From a virus (Duplodnaviria; Heunggongvirae; Uroviricota; Caudoviricetes), in the IMG/VR virus record IMGVR_UViG_2878930440_000003: a DNA stretch of 46,548 nt; one strand, written 5' to 3'. The position numbers and the translations under genes were made by a program. The notes beneath the pieces were generated by a model. The model was not told the origin of the DNA, did no database searches, and saw nothing but the letters and a program-made list of their open reading frames with translations. This document shows positions 18,035 through 26,218 of this stretch, one piece after another (positions within the stretch are counted from its first letter, which is position 1; every line of letters starts with the position of its first letter).

Positions 18035-19018
18035 ATGGAGACATCAAAAACTTATGTTTTTAATCCAGAGGGTTCAGGTAACAATGGAGGAATGATGAGC
18101 TTGATAGCTCCTTTGCTCCAACAGAGAGGCGTTGATCCAAACGTTCTTCTTGCGATGAAGGGTAATAACGGATTCGGCAATGGTGATGGTTCTTGGTTCA
18201 TTTGGCTGCTCTTTATCCTTTGCTTCTGTGGTTGGGGCGGTAATGGTTTCGGCTTTGGTGGTCGTGGTAATGGCGCAGGTCTTGCCAATGAAATCAACAA
18301 TGACTATGGTCGTTCCTTGCTTATGGATGCTATCGGTGGCAATCGTAATGCACTCAGTAATCTCGCAACTCAGCTCAATTGTACTGAAGGACAGATTCAG
18401 CAAGCTATCTCTGCCTTGACAACCCAAGTCCAGAACGTGGGCAACCAAGTAGGCATGAGCGGAATGCAAACTATCAACGCTCTTCAACAAGGTAATATGC
18501 AGATTGCATCACAACTCGCTGATTGCTGCTGCCGTGTAAATAATAATATTACGGCTATGGACGGAAACGTCAAGTTGGCTATGTGTCAGCAGACTGGCAC
18601 TTTGCAGAATGCCATCAACAATGTAGCCGTAGGACAGGAGCGTGGCTTCTCTAACGTGGCCTACGAGACCCAGCGCCAGACTTGTGACTTGCACAACGCT
18701 ATCAAGGAGAGCACTCAGACCATCGTTGACGGTCAGAAGCAGGCTGAGATGCGTGAGATGCAGAACAAGATTGATTCTCTTCGTGAGGAGAACAGTACCT
18801 TCAAGTCTTCCGCTATGACATCACAGATTGTGGGTCAGGCTGTAGCACCTATCAATGCGGTATTGGCTGGCTTGCAGAGTGAGGTGGCTGGTATCAAGTG
18901 TAAGTTGCCAGAGACGGTAACTACTCCTTACAGCCCATTTACTGCGGTTCCTAATTGTGTCGCTTATCAGGCTGGTCTGTATGGTTTGAATGCTGCCAAC
19001 AACGGATTCTGGGGTTAA
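18035..19018 (+). CDS. Gly/Trp-rich TM segment plus Gln/Asn-rich helical protein with DCCC motif; function unknown
   Basis: GFGNGDGSWFIWLLFILCFCGWGGNGFGFGG; long Q/N heptads; LADCCC. Confidence 0.85.
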   Translation: METSKTYVFNPEGSGNNGGMMSLIAPLLQQRGVDPNVLLAMKGNNGFGNGDGSWFIWLLFILCFCGWGGNGFGFGGRGNGAGLANEINNDYGRSLLMDAIGGNRNALSNLATQLNCTEGQIQQAISALTTQVQNVGNQVGMSGMQTINALQQGNMQIASQLADCCCRVNNNITAMDGNVKLAMCQQTGTLQNAINNVAVGQERGFSNVAYETQRQTCDLHNAIKESTQTIVDGQKQAEMREMQNKIDSLREENSTFKSSAMTSQIVGQAVAPINAVLAGLQSEVAGIKCKLPETVTTPYSPFTAVPNCVAYQAGLYGLNAANNGFWG

Positions 19019-19033
19019 AGAAAGGAGGCTGCT

Positions 19034-19378
19034 ATGTTATGGATGAGACCTTTTGCATGGGTTAATCGTAACGGCTCGGCAGCTATCGCATCTACAGGCG
19101 TGGTGGTGAACACCGAAAATGTCGTTTTCTCGTTCAGAAACCACGCCTTCGTGAATGCTAACTATAGGGGAACTATCTTTGTGAACCTACATCAAGCTAT
19201 TCCGACTGGTACGACAAATACGCTGCCAATCCTTTTCGAGACCAATGGCGTAACCCAAGCTGTGACTAAGTTCAACGGCAATCCTTTGACGGTAGCCGAC
19301 ATTGCAGGAACTGGAGTTTATCAGTTTTGGTTCGAGCGAGATACTAACACCCTTCAGCTAATGACGGGTATTGTTTAA
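19034..19378 (+). CDS. Hypothetical beta-rich protein (operon gene 2)
   Basis: 114 aa; AAAGGAGG ribosome-binding-like sequence upstream. Confidence 0.8.
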   Translation: MLWMRPFAWVNRNGSAAIASTGVVVNTENVVFSFRNHAFVNANYRGTIFVNLHQAIPTGTTNTLPILFETNGVTQAVTKFNGNPLTVADIAGTGVYQFWFERDTNTLQLMTGIV

Positions 19379-19397
19379 CAATTAACATTACAAAGCT

Positions 19398-19916
19398 ATG
19401 TTTCAAGGACTTCGACCTAACAGCATATTCTATGTGCTTGACAAGGGTGAAAACCCAAGTCTTAAAATCGGACAGGTTGTATCGGTCAGTAACCCACAAC
19501 CTAAGTTCCCAACATATACTCCTGGGCAATTCAACCCACAACCAATGGAGACTACCGTTGATGTTGTCGTAAAATTGCCTAATGAACAAATGGAGTTCAA
19601 ACAACTCCCATCCAATATGCAAATTGCAAATTCGGAAAACCTCGTGGTTTCTGGAAGCCGTGAAGCTATGGATGCGGAAGTTGAGGCTATGTATCGGCAT
19701 TCTAAGGAGATTGTGGAAAGCGAGCCATACCACAAAAAGGTTATGGAAGAGTGCGCAAAGATGCGTGCCGTATTGAATCCACAAATAGCCAAAGACAGAC
19801 AACAGGAAGAAGACATCAATAACCTCAAAAGCGAGGTTAGCGGAATGAAGGGAACTTTGACTGATATTAAGTCTATGTTGTCAGTGGCTTTGGAAAAAGT
19901 TAATACAAAAAAGTAA
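19398..19916 (+). CDS. Hypothetical protein, beta-rich N-terminus plus C-terminal coiled coil (operon gene 3)
   Basis: 172 aa ORF. Confidence 0.8.
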   Translation: MFQGLRPNSIFYVLDKGENPSLKIGQVVSVSNPQPKFPTYTPGQFNPQPMETTVDVVVKLPNEQMEFKQLPSNMQIANSENLVVSGSREAMDAEVEAMYRHSKEIVESEPYHKKVMEECAKMRAVLNPQIAKDRQQEEDINNLKSEVSGMKGTLTDIKSMLSVALEKVNTKK

Positions 19917-19922
19917 ATCATT

Positions 19923-20159
19923 ATGGGATACATGATAGAAATTACCGAAAACAAGGTAAATGAAATGTCAGAACTTGTAGAGAAGATGCTTAAGTATGGT
20001 GGTAAACTCATGCACTGCATTGATGAAATGGGGGATGACAAGTATGGACGAATGGGTCACAGAAATCCAATGCCGGATTACCGAGACAATTGGGATGACG
20101 ATGATGACCGCTATGGTGAAAGACATGGTGGTCGCAGAGGTGGCGGTTATCGCTATTAG
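19923..20159 (+). CDS. Small protein with acidic and RG/Y-rich low-complexity tail (operon gene 4)
   Basis: DDDDDRYGERHGGRRGGGYRY C-terminus. Confidence 0.8.
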   Translation: MGYMIEITENKVNEMSELVEKMLKYGGKLMHCIDEMGDDKYGRMGHRNPMPDYRDNWDDDDDRYGERHGGRRGGGYRY

Positions 20160-20211
20160 TATTACACTTTGAGGTGGGGAGAAATCTCCACCTCCTTTAA
20201 AAGCTTTTATT

Positions 20212-20640
20212 ATGGGAAGATACAAAATACCACTTGACGCATACGATATGAAGCCGGAAGGGATGATTGCATACCTTCGCTACAATGGCTGGCACTTCAA
20301 TAAAAAGATGTGCGACTGGGCTATTACCTTAATGCGCAAGACAAACGCAACAACTGGTAAGCTCGAAAAAGTTGAACCGACAGAAAAAGATACAGTCGAG
20401 GAACTTCTTAAAGTCAACAACGTAAAGTTGGAGAATGCCGACAATTACGATTTCGTTTATGTCGCAAACATGGCTAGAGCCGATTTCTTTAAGTCTTCTT
20501 TAAAAGACGAAGCTGCTTTGGCTCAATTCATTAAGGATATGGTGGATGACCCAGACCAAGCGGACGGATTTATTTTCAATAGATTTTATGCCGATTGCAA
20601 CCATAATGGTATCGGCATTCCATGGGATGATGTATTATGA
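20212..20640 (+). CDS. Hypothetical helical protein (operon gene 5)
   Basis: 142 aa, YLRYNGWHFNKKMC motif. Confidence 0.8.
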   Translation: MGRYKIPLDAYDMKPEGMIAYLRYNGWHFNKKMCDWAITLMRKTNATTGKLEKVEPTEKDTVEELLKVNNVKLENADNYDFVYVANMARADFFKSSLKDEAALAQFIKDMVDDPDQADGFIFNRFYADCNHNGIGIPWDDVL

Positions 20641-21005
20641 TTAAACAAGAAATTTACTTGGAGAAATACGATTGGAATGTGATTGTATGTCATATAGCTA
20701 ATCAAGAAGATGTTGACGAAGCTATGGACTTACTAAGTTCCATTGATTGTAAGGGGCAACCATTATTGGATGCATACGACCACATTTCAACCGATTCTTC
20801 AAACAAAGGATTGACATACACAAATGTTTCAAAGAAAACAAGTGTTGTGCTCATTTGCAAATCTACTTCTGAAGGTGAGTATATAAATAGTCTCACACAT
20901 GAAATGTTTCATGTAGTAGCACATATATGCAACCATCTGGGAATAGATATGCAAGGCGAAGAACCATGCTATCTTATGGGATGGCTCTGTCAGTCGATAT
21001 TATAG
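20637..21005 (+). CDS. Small zincin-like metallopeptidase domain protein (operon gene 6)
   Basis: THEMFH (HExxH) with downstream GEEPCY; 4-nt overlap with gene 5. Confidence 0.65.
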   Translation: MIKQEIYLEKYDWNVIVCHIANQEDVDEAMDLLSSIDCKGQPLLDAYDHISTDSSNKGLTYTNVSKKTSVVLICKSTSEGEYINSLTHEMFHVVAHICNHLGIDMQGEEPCYLMGWLCQSIL

Positions 21006-21081
21006 AAGATTTCCTTATAAGTTTAACTTGGCGGGCAGACCTTGGATTTTTCCATCTGCCCTCCTATAAAATTACAAGAAT

Positions 21082-21426
21082 ATGAGTTGTTCGAAAATCA
21101 AAAATTACCTTTATGAACGTTTTAATGAGGATTTTAACGTTCTATCTGAGAATGAAAATCGAGTTATCATTACATTTGATGATAATGACTTGTCGGTACT
21201 CGTAAACAAGATGGAGAATAAATTATTCATTCTCGTTCCGCTAACTAATATGCATTCGTTTGAACATCATCCGGATTGGATCTTGGTAGATGGCGAACGC
21301 ATCAATAGCAACCTATTTTGGAAGGAATGCGGCAACCAAGTGATAGAATATCAAGGTGATGCCCCTATAGCTATCAAGCAAGACACCATAGAGAGAATTG
21401 TTAATGATTTCATTAAAAACAGATAA
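21082..21426 (+). CDS. Hypothetical protein
   Basis: 114 aa ORF after a stem-loop at 21033-21061. Confidence 0.7.
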   Translation: MSCSKIKNYLYERFNEDFNVLSENENRVIITFDDNDLSVLVNKMENKLFILVPLTNMHSFEHHPDWILVDGERINSNLFWKECGNQVIEYQGDAPIAIKQDTIERIVNDFIKNR

Positions 21427-21474
21427 CGTTTTAAAATTTGCATTAATTTATTTGCAAAGCCATCTTTTTTGTCG

Positions 21475-21520
21475 TATCTTTGCATTGTAATAAAAATGGT
21501 GAGACACACCGAAACAACTG
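21475..21520 (+). promoter_or_regulatory. Promoter (TATCTTTG) plus leader motif GGTGAGACACACC-GAAAC-AACTG
   Basis: Motif at 21498-21510. Confidence 0.75.
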
Positions 21521-21585
21521 TGTTTTACAAACTTAATTTTCGTAGATAAAGATATTAATATATCAATATAGAAAAAAGCAAAATT

Positions 21586-22095
21586 ATGACAGAAAAAGGA
21601 TATTTAATCAAGAAAAAAGTATTATTCATTGATTTAGATGACACGATTATTACAACTATATCAGGAAACACCTTTCCTACAGATGTAACAGATTTCAAAA
21701 TCCGTAAAGAGGTTTTGGATAAGATTGTAGATGCATTCCCTACTCTTTACTATGTTGAAATAGTCTCAAACCAAGGAGGCATCCCTCAATTTGTTGACGA
21801 ACAGGATTTTATCGGCAAGATTAAGGCTATTGAAAGCTTTATGCAAAAATATCTTCGCAATCATACCGGACGAAATATCTTCGTCAACTCTATGTATTGT
21901 CCATCGAATGCAGAAATAGATATGCGAAAGCCAAATACAGGAATGCTAGAATCATATTCTTCTTGGGAAAAAAGAGAGTTGATAATGATAGGCGATGCTA
22001 GTGGAAAAGAAGGTGACTTCTCGGACTCCGACAAACAATGTGCGGAGAATTTCGGTATTGAGTACATAGATATAGAAGACTTCTTGAAAATGTAA
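21586..22095 (+). CDS. HAD-IIIA phosphatase, polynucleotide/DNA 3'-phosphatase-like
   Basis: FIDLDDT (DxDxT), SNQGG, RKPNTGM, GDASG..SDSD..A. Confidence 0.85.
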   Translation: MTEKGYLIKKKVLFIDLDDTIITTISGNTFPTDVTDFKIRKEVLDKIVDAFPTLYYVEIVSNQGGIPQFVDEQDFIGKIKAIESFMQKYLRNHTGRNIFVNSMYCPSNAEIDMRKPNTGMLESYSSWEKRELIMIGDASGKEGDFSDSDKQCAENFGIEYIDIEDFLKM

Positions 22096-22166
22096 AAACA
22101 AAAAAAAGGAAAGTCAGAGTGATTGTTGCAAAAATTGCAACGTCACTCACGCAAACTGAAACAAAA

Positions 22167-22192
22167 AAGAGAGGCAATCACTTACCTCTCTT
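22167..22192. terminator. Bidirectional terminator candidate
   Basis: AAGAGAGG/CCTCTCTT stem with A-tract on the left. Confidence 0.6.
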
Positions 22193-22243
22193 ACTCAACT
22201 TGTAAGGAACACTTACATGTTCAACTATTAGGATAGAAGTAGA

Positions 22244-22340
22244 AGCAAAATTCCCCTATACTATTGGCGTAGTATAGGGGAATATTACATTCCTGCTCGG
22301 AAATGCGATGCTCTTAAAAGTGCTGCTCTAAAAAGCACTG
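22244..22340 (-). ncRNA. Candidate ~95-nt small RNA
   Basis: Consensus promoter TTTG(22372-22369)-N20-TATATTTG(22348-22341); no ORF; ends in a 14-bp perfect hairpin 22250-22283 plus U-tract. Confidence 0.5.
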
Positions 22341-22382
22341 CAAATATAGACAAAAATTCCGAAACCACCAAATTTTTCATCA

Positions 22383-22580
22383 TTAATTTGTTAGATACAG
22401 ATACAATCCTTCCACGAACCACATTATCAATATCATAGTTGATGATGTCACCCAAGCCATGAAGAACTTATCTATCGTTTTATACTTATAGGAAAGATAC
22501 AGGTAAGCAATGAACGTGCTGTTGATGATTACCAGTATCGCTACTATAATCAAAGTACAAAACATATAATCCATACTCAT
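22383..22580 (-). CDS. Small 2-TM membrane protein
   Basis: 65 aa, two hydrophobic helices. Confidence 0.65.
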   Translation of the reverse strand: MSMDYMFCTLIIVAILVIINSTFIAYLYLSYKYKTIDKFFMAWVTSSTMILIMWFVEGLYLYLTN

Positions 22581-22619
22581 ACATGCTCGCTTATCCGTGA
22601 TGCGATAGGGCTTAATACA

Positions 22620-22964
22620 TTATGATTTTCTCTTACTCTTAATGAAGTGCAGTATATCCCACTTCTTAAAATATCGGGTGTGTCCTCGTTTTTTGCACAC
22701 GCCATTCGGAATGTCGCCCCTTGCAACCATCCTGTTAAGGGTAGCATCAGAAACGTGAAGCTTCTCCTTGACTTCCTCGGTAGATAGCATCGGATTGAGA
22801 GCATACGGCAGATAGTTCTCACAAAGGTCTTCTATCTCATCGCTACTCATTCCGCAAGCAGTTACCTTCTCCCCTCTCTTCTCTTGCTCGTCTGCTCGAA
22901 AACAAGAATCCGATAACGATTTTAATAACACTCCCAAGGTGTGATAACCAAATAACTTTCCCAT
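22620..22964 (-). CDS. AlpA/excisionase-like HTH DNA-binding protein
   Basis: LSTEEVKEKLHVSDATLNRMVARGDIP...RYF pattern. Confidence 0.75.
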   Translation of the reverse strand: MGKLFGYHTLGVLLKSLSDSCFRADEQEKRGEKVTACGMSSDEIEDLCENYLPYALNPMLSTEEVKEKLHVSDATLNRMVARGDIPNGVCKKRGHTRYFKKWDILHFIKSKRKS

Positions 22965-22968
22965 ATCA

Positions 22969-23520
22969 TTATAATCTAGAGATTAAACTTTGACAGCCCT
23001 TGCCTGAGAAATACTTATCGGCAAAACCATATACATAAAATATAATGGTCATTACAAGTATTACAACATTAGCTTCCACCATTTCGTTGGTGGTAAAAAC
23101 ATTCCAGTATACGATATGAATAGCATTTATCCCAAATAGGTAGATGATCATCGGAATACGCCATCTGTAGCAGAGCCAAAAGAATCTGCTCGCAATTATA
23201 AGTACAAGCGGATGGATGTAAACGGAAAAATAGATAAATGCTGCCGATACCCAATTCTCCTTAAACCATACGCACATTTCTTTGTCATGAGACGCAAATG
23301 TTACCATGCATGCAATATGAAAAAGCATGATAAACAGAGGCATCACTTCACAATAATACTTAAACCAAGTGAGTAGCTTTATGCTGTAGCCTCTACCTGC
23401 AAGGATAATGACGTTTATCATTTCGCTAACGTCCATGTCCTTAAACATTACTCTTGACAACTGTACAACACCGACTGATTGAACTAACCGATGGACTTCA
23501 TCTTCTTCCTCTTTAGTCAT
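22969..23520 (-). CDS. Multi-pass membrane protein (~4 TM)
   Basis: Four hydrophobic segments in the C-terminal two-thirds. Confidence 0.75.
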   Translation of the reverse strand: MTKEEEDEVHRLVQSVGVVQLSRVMFKDMDVSEMINVIILAGRGYSIKLLTWFKYYCEVMPLFIMLFHIACMVTFASHDKEMCVWFKENWVSAAFIYFSVYIHPLVLIIASRFFWLCYRWRIPMIIYLFGINAIHIVYWNVFTTNEMVEANVVILVMTIIFYVYGFADKYFSGKGCQSLISRL

Positions 23521-23716
23521 AAGCTGTTATATTTTAGTTGATTTAAAAGATTGATGCCGCAAAGGTACGCATCTTCTAATAAAAGTAATTGGTTTTTGAT
23601 TGATTTTTGTGTTAAACTTTATAAAATGTAACAATCTGAAAGTAGATGGCTACAAAAATAGCGTTAGAACGGCTTTCTTGCCAAATTCTAACGCTATTAT
23701 TATATCTACACTGGTA

Positions 23717-24181
23717 TTATCCTATCACAACATCAAGGGTCTCCATATCAGCGAACTTCAAGCCGCAATCCTTAGCAGCTTTGAACAGCTCCTTCTCGTC
23801 AACTTCCTCAATGGCTACCTCTACCTCCTTGTCGGCAAGTTCCTTGAAATACTTTTCGGTCTTCTGCTTCTGATTGAAGAAGTACTCATTGACCTCAGCG
23901 AACTTGGCTGAGTCGTCCTTGGTGTATTCGTAGCCTTCATCGGCGTGCTTCTGCTCCAACTGCTGGCACTCCTGAAGCTTGCACTGCATCTCCTCGAACT
24001 TATCGTCCTTCAGGCTCTCCTGCGCTTCCTTCACATCCTTGTCGTAAGTATCGGCTACTTGGCGCAGTGCCTTCATATTCTTCCAAACTCGCATAGCGGC
24101 ATCATCACTCATTGATGATGTCTTCAATGCCTTCAATGTTCTGTAGGCATCAACTGCCTCAATTGTCTTAATCTTTTTCAT
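23717..24181 (-). CDS. Coiled-coil acidic protein downstream of tail genes (possible fibre chaperone)
   Basis: 154 aa helical; own TAACTTTG promoter near 24260; function inferred from position. Confidence 0.7.
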   Translation of the reverse strand: MKKIKTIEAVDAYRTLKALKTSSMSDDAAMRVWKNMKALRQVADTYDKDVKEAQESLKDDKFEEMQCKLQECQQLEQKHADEGYEYTKDDSAKFAEVNEYFFNQKQKTEKYFKELADKEVEVAIEEVDEKELFKAAKDCGLKFADMETLDVVIG

Positions 24182-24433
24182 AATTGTTTCTTTATTTTTA
24201 TGTTATACAATATTCTTCGCCAGATTGCCATAGCAGAATACCTTTCCTATTAACAGTGCAAAGTTAAGAAAATAATTCCGAATAACAATGCAGGAGGAGC
24301 AAAATTTACGAATTTTAAAAACAGCTTCCCCACGTTGGATAATCACTAGGACGTAATGTGTCTGCTTTCTCGGTGAGAACGTAAACCACAAATACATTTC
24401 TAGCATATTTGTTATATTAAGAACATCTGCTTT

Positions 24434-25720
24434 TTAATGCATAATATAACTACCACCTGGAGGAACTTGTTTCCATCCACCATCTATATTAATTTCAAAA
24501 GATAATTGACACATTTGTCCATAATAACCTCCTTCATAAACATTATCAAATCTTATATATATATCAACATAATCTGTTCTATCACCTTCAGGAATAGTTA
24601 CAGAACCTGTAATTTGACCAGAGCTATTAGATACATAACCTCTTCCGTATGTTGTCTTATTGTTACCATAAGCACAAACACTTCTAAATATACCATCAGT
24701 AATTGTAATTGTAGCATCAGGAAGTTTATATATTCTAGCTTTACAAATACAACTAGCACCAACTAATTCTCTCAACGATGAGAAATCAACAAAACCACTA
24801 GAACCACTTTTAATACTTTCCATATTAATTTGTCTAGGATAATATTTAAAAGTAATAGCACCCGGAAGAGATATAAAAATTATTTTTGTATTATCATATA
24901 AAGTTGCATTACGAGTATATGCTAAAAAAGGCACAATATCAATAAACTTATCTCCACTGCCTATATCAAAAGTTATTTCTTTACTAGCGTATACAAAATC
25001 TGTTGGTTTTTTGCAATTACCGACATAATAATTTTTATAAATCTTATCATTAACATTATATGGTGAATCATAACGAATTTGAATCCAAAAAGACCAACCT
25101 AAAGATAAATCAGGTATTATATCATCCATAGTAACATTTGTATTATTATCCACATTTCCTTTCTTATATAGAACACAATTAAATTTAGGAGTTGAAGAAT
25201 AATAAATTTCAACGTTATGAAATTGAGGAATAGAAGTCAGAAATACATTACTTATTGCTTTACTACTATAGTTTCTAAAATCACTTAATCTATAAGGAGA
25301 ATTAGCACCACCTTTTGGAAAATGTTTTCCTGATACACTTGTACTTGTGTTATCACTAATATAACCATTATTACCATATACATTATTTTTATGAAGATTT
25401 TTACATGCTTCAATTGCAAAACCTTCTTCTCCATAATTATTACGTAAGTTCTTATAAGTGTCCATAGGTATATTCATACCACAACGAACAACACAGGTAT
25501 ATCTACTATATGAAGAATTTACTATTTCCTCAGAGTCTTCTCTAATAGGATATTCTTTAAATTCACCTTTACAACTAATAGGTTTATACTTACTCCATAT
25601 ATTTATATTTTCACTCTTACAAAGAGTAGCAAGGTCATTGCTACTCTCTCCAAGAGCTCGTTTAACATCATCAATGCTAACAGGAGCACTAATAATTCCA
25701 CTATCACTATTGTAAGACAT
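24434..25720 (-). CDS. Tail-associated virion protein with AT-rich variable body
   Basis: N-terminal APVSIDDVKRALG..SNDLATLC..NINIWSKYKP; follows the tail fibre. Confidence 0.7.
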   Translation of the reverse strand: MSYNSDSGIISAPVSIDDVKRALGESSNDLATLCKSENINIWSKYKPISCKGEFKEYPIREDSEEIVNSSYSRYTCVVRCGMNIPMDTYKNLRNNYGEEGFAIEACKNLHKNNVYGNNGYISDNTSTSVSGKHFPKGGANSPYRLSDFRNYSSKAISNVFLTSIPQFHNVEIYYSSTPKFNCVLYKKGNVDNNTNVTMDDIIPDLSLGWSFWIQIRYDSPYNVNDKIYKNYYVGNCKKPTDFVYASKEITFDIGSGDKFIDIVPFLAYTRNATLYDNTKIIFISLPGAITFKYYPRQINMESIKSGSSGFVDFSSLRELVGASCICKARIYKLPDATITITDGIFRSVCAYGNNKTTYGRGYVSNSSGQITGSVTIPEGDRTDYVDIYIRFDNVYEGGYYGQMCQLSFEINIDGGWKQVPPGGSYIMH

Positions 25721-25838
25721 AATCTTTATTTTTTAAATATTCAACTTTAGTTTCTAATTCTGTTACAACTTCTTTAGTAACAACTCGCTCTACTGTTACA
25801 TTGAACACTTTCGCAAGCTATAATATAAATCGTTCCAT
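25707..25838 (-). pseudogene. Small gene with in-frame TAG (MERFIL*LAKVFNVTVERVV...)
   Basis: TAG at 25818-25820 (codon 7); frame open to 25707 and overlaps the start of the next gene. Confidence 0.5.
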
Positions 25839-25904
25839 ACGCTAATCTTTAGAACTTAAAACACTAGGCAAGGCAGCTCTATAAGAGCCACCCTGCGTTA
25901 ATAC

Positions 25905-26210
25905 TTACTCTGCTGCCTCGCTTGCAATATTAGCGGCGATAGCGGAATTAACCTCCTTAATCAATGCTGATACCTCACTGAGCTTGCTCTGCGGAACACC
26001 GCTGATGTTGTAGGTCAGCTCGCTGCCGTTGTAGCTTGCGTTCGCATTGCCGAGATAGTTACCATTTGGGTCACCATAGATACTCATATTGATGCTCTCG
26101 ATGTTGCCACCCGTCTTGTCAACATTGTAGGTGATTTCTACTCGATAGCCGCCCTTGGTATAAGTGGCGGTTGTCTGTTCACTCTTCTTGTTAATCTTTA
26201 AATTCTCCAT
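25905..26210 (-). CDS. Hypothetical tail-module protein
   Basis: 101 aa directly after the tail fibre. Confidence 0.7.
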   Translation of the reverse strand: MENLKINKKSEQTTATYTKGGYRVEITYNVDKTGGNIESINMSIYGDPNGNYLGNANASYNGSELTYNISGVPQSKLSEVSALIKEVNSAIAANIASEAAE

Positions 26211-26218
26211 TTTCTAAT

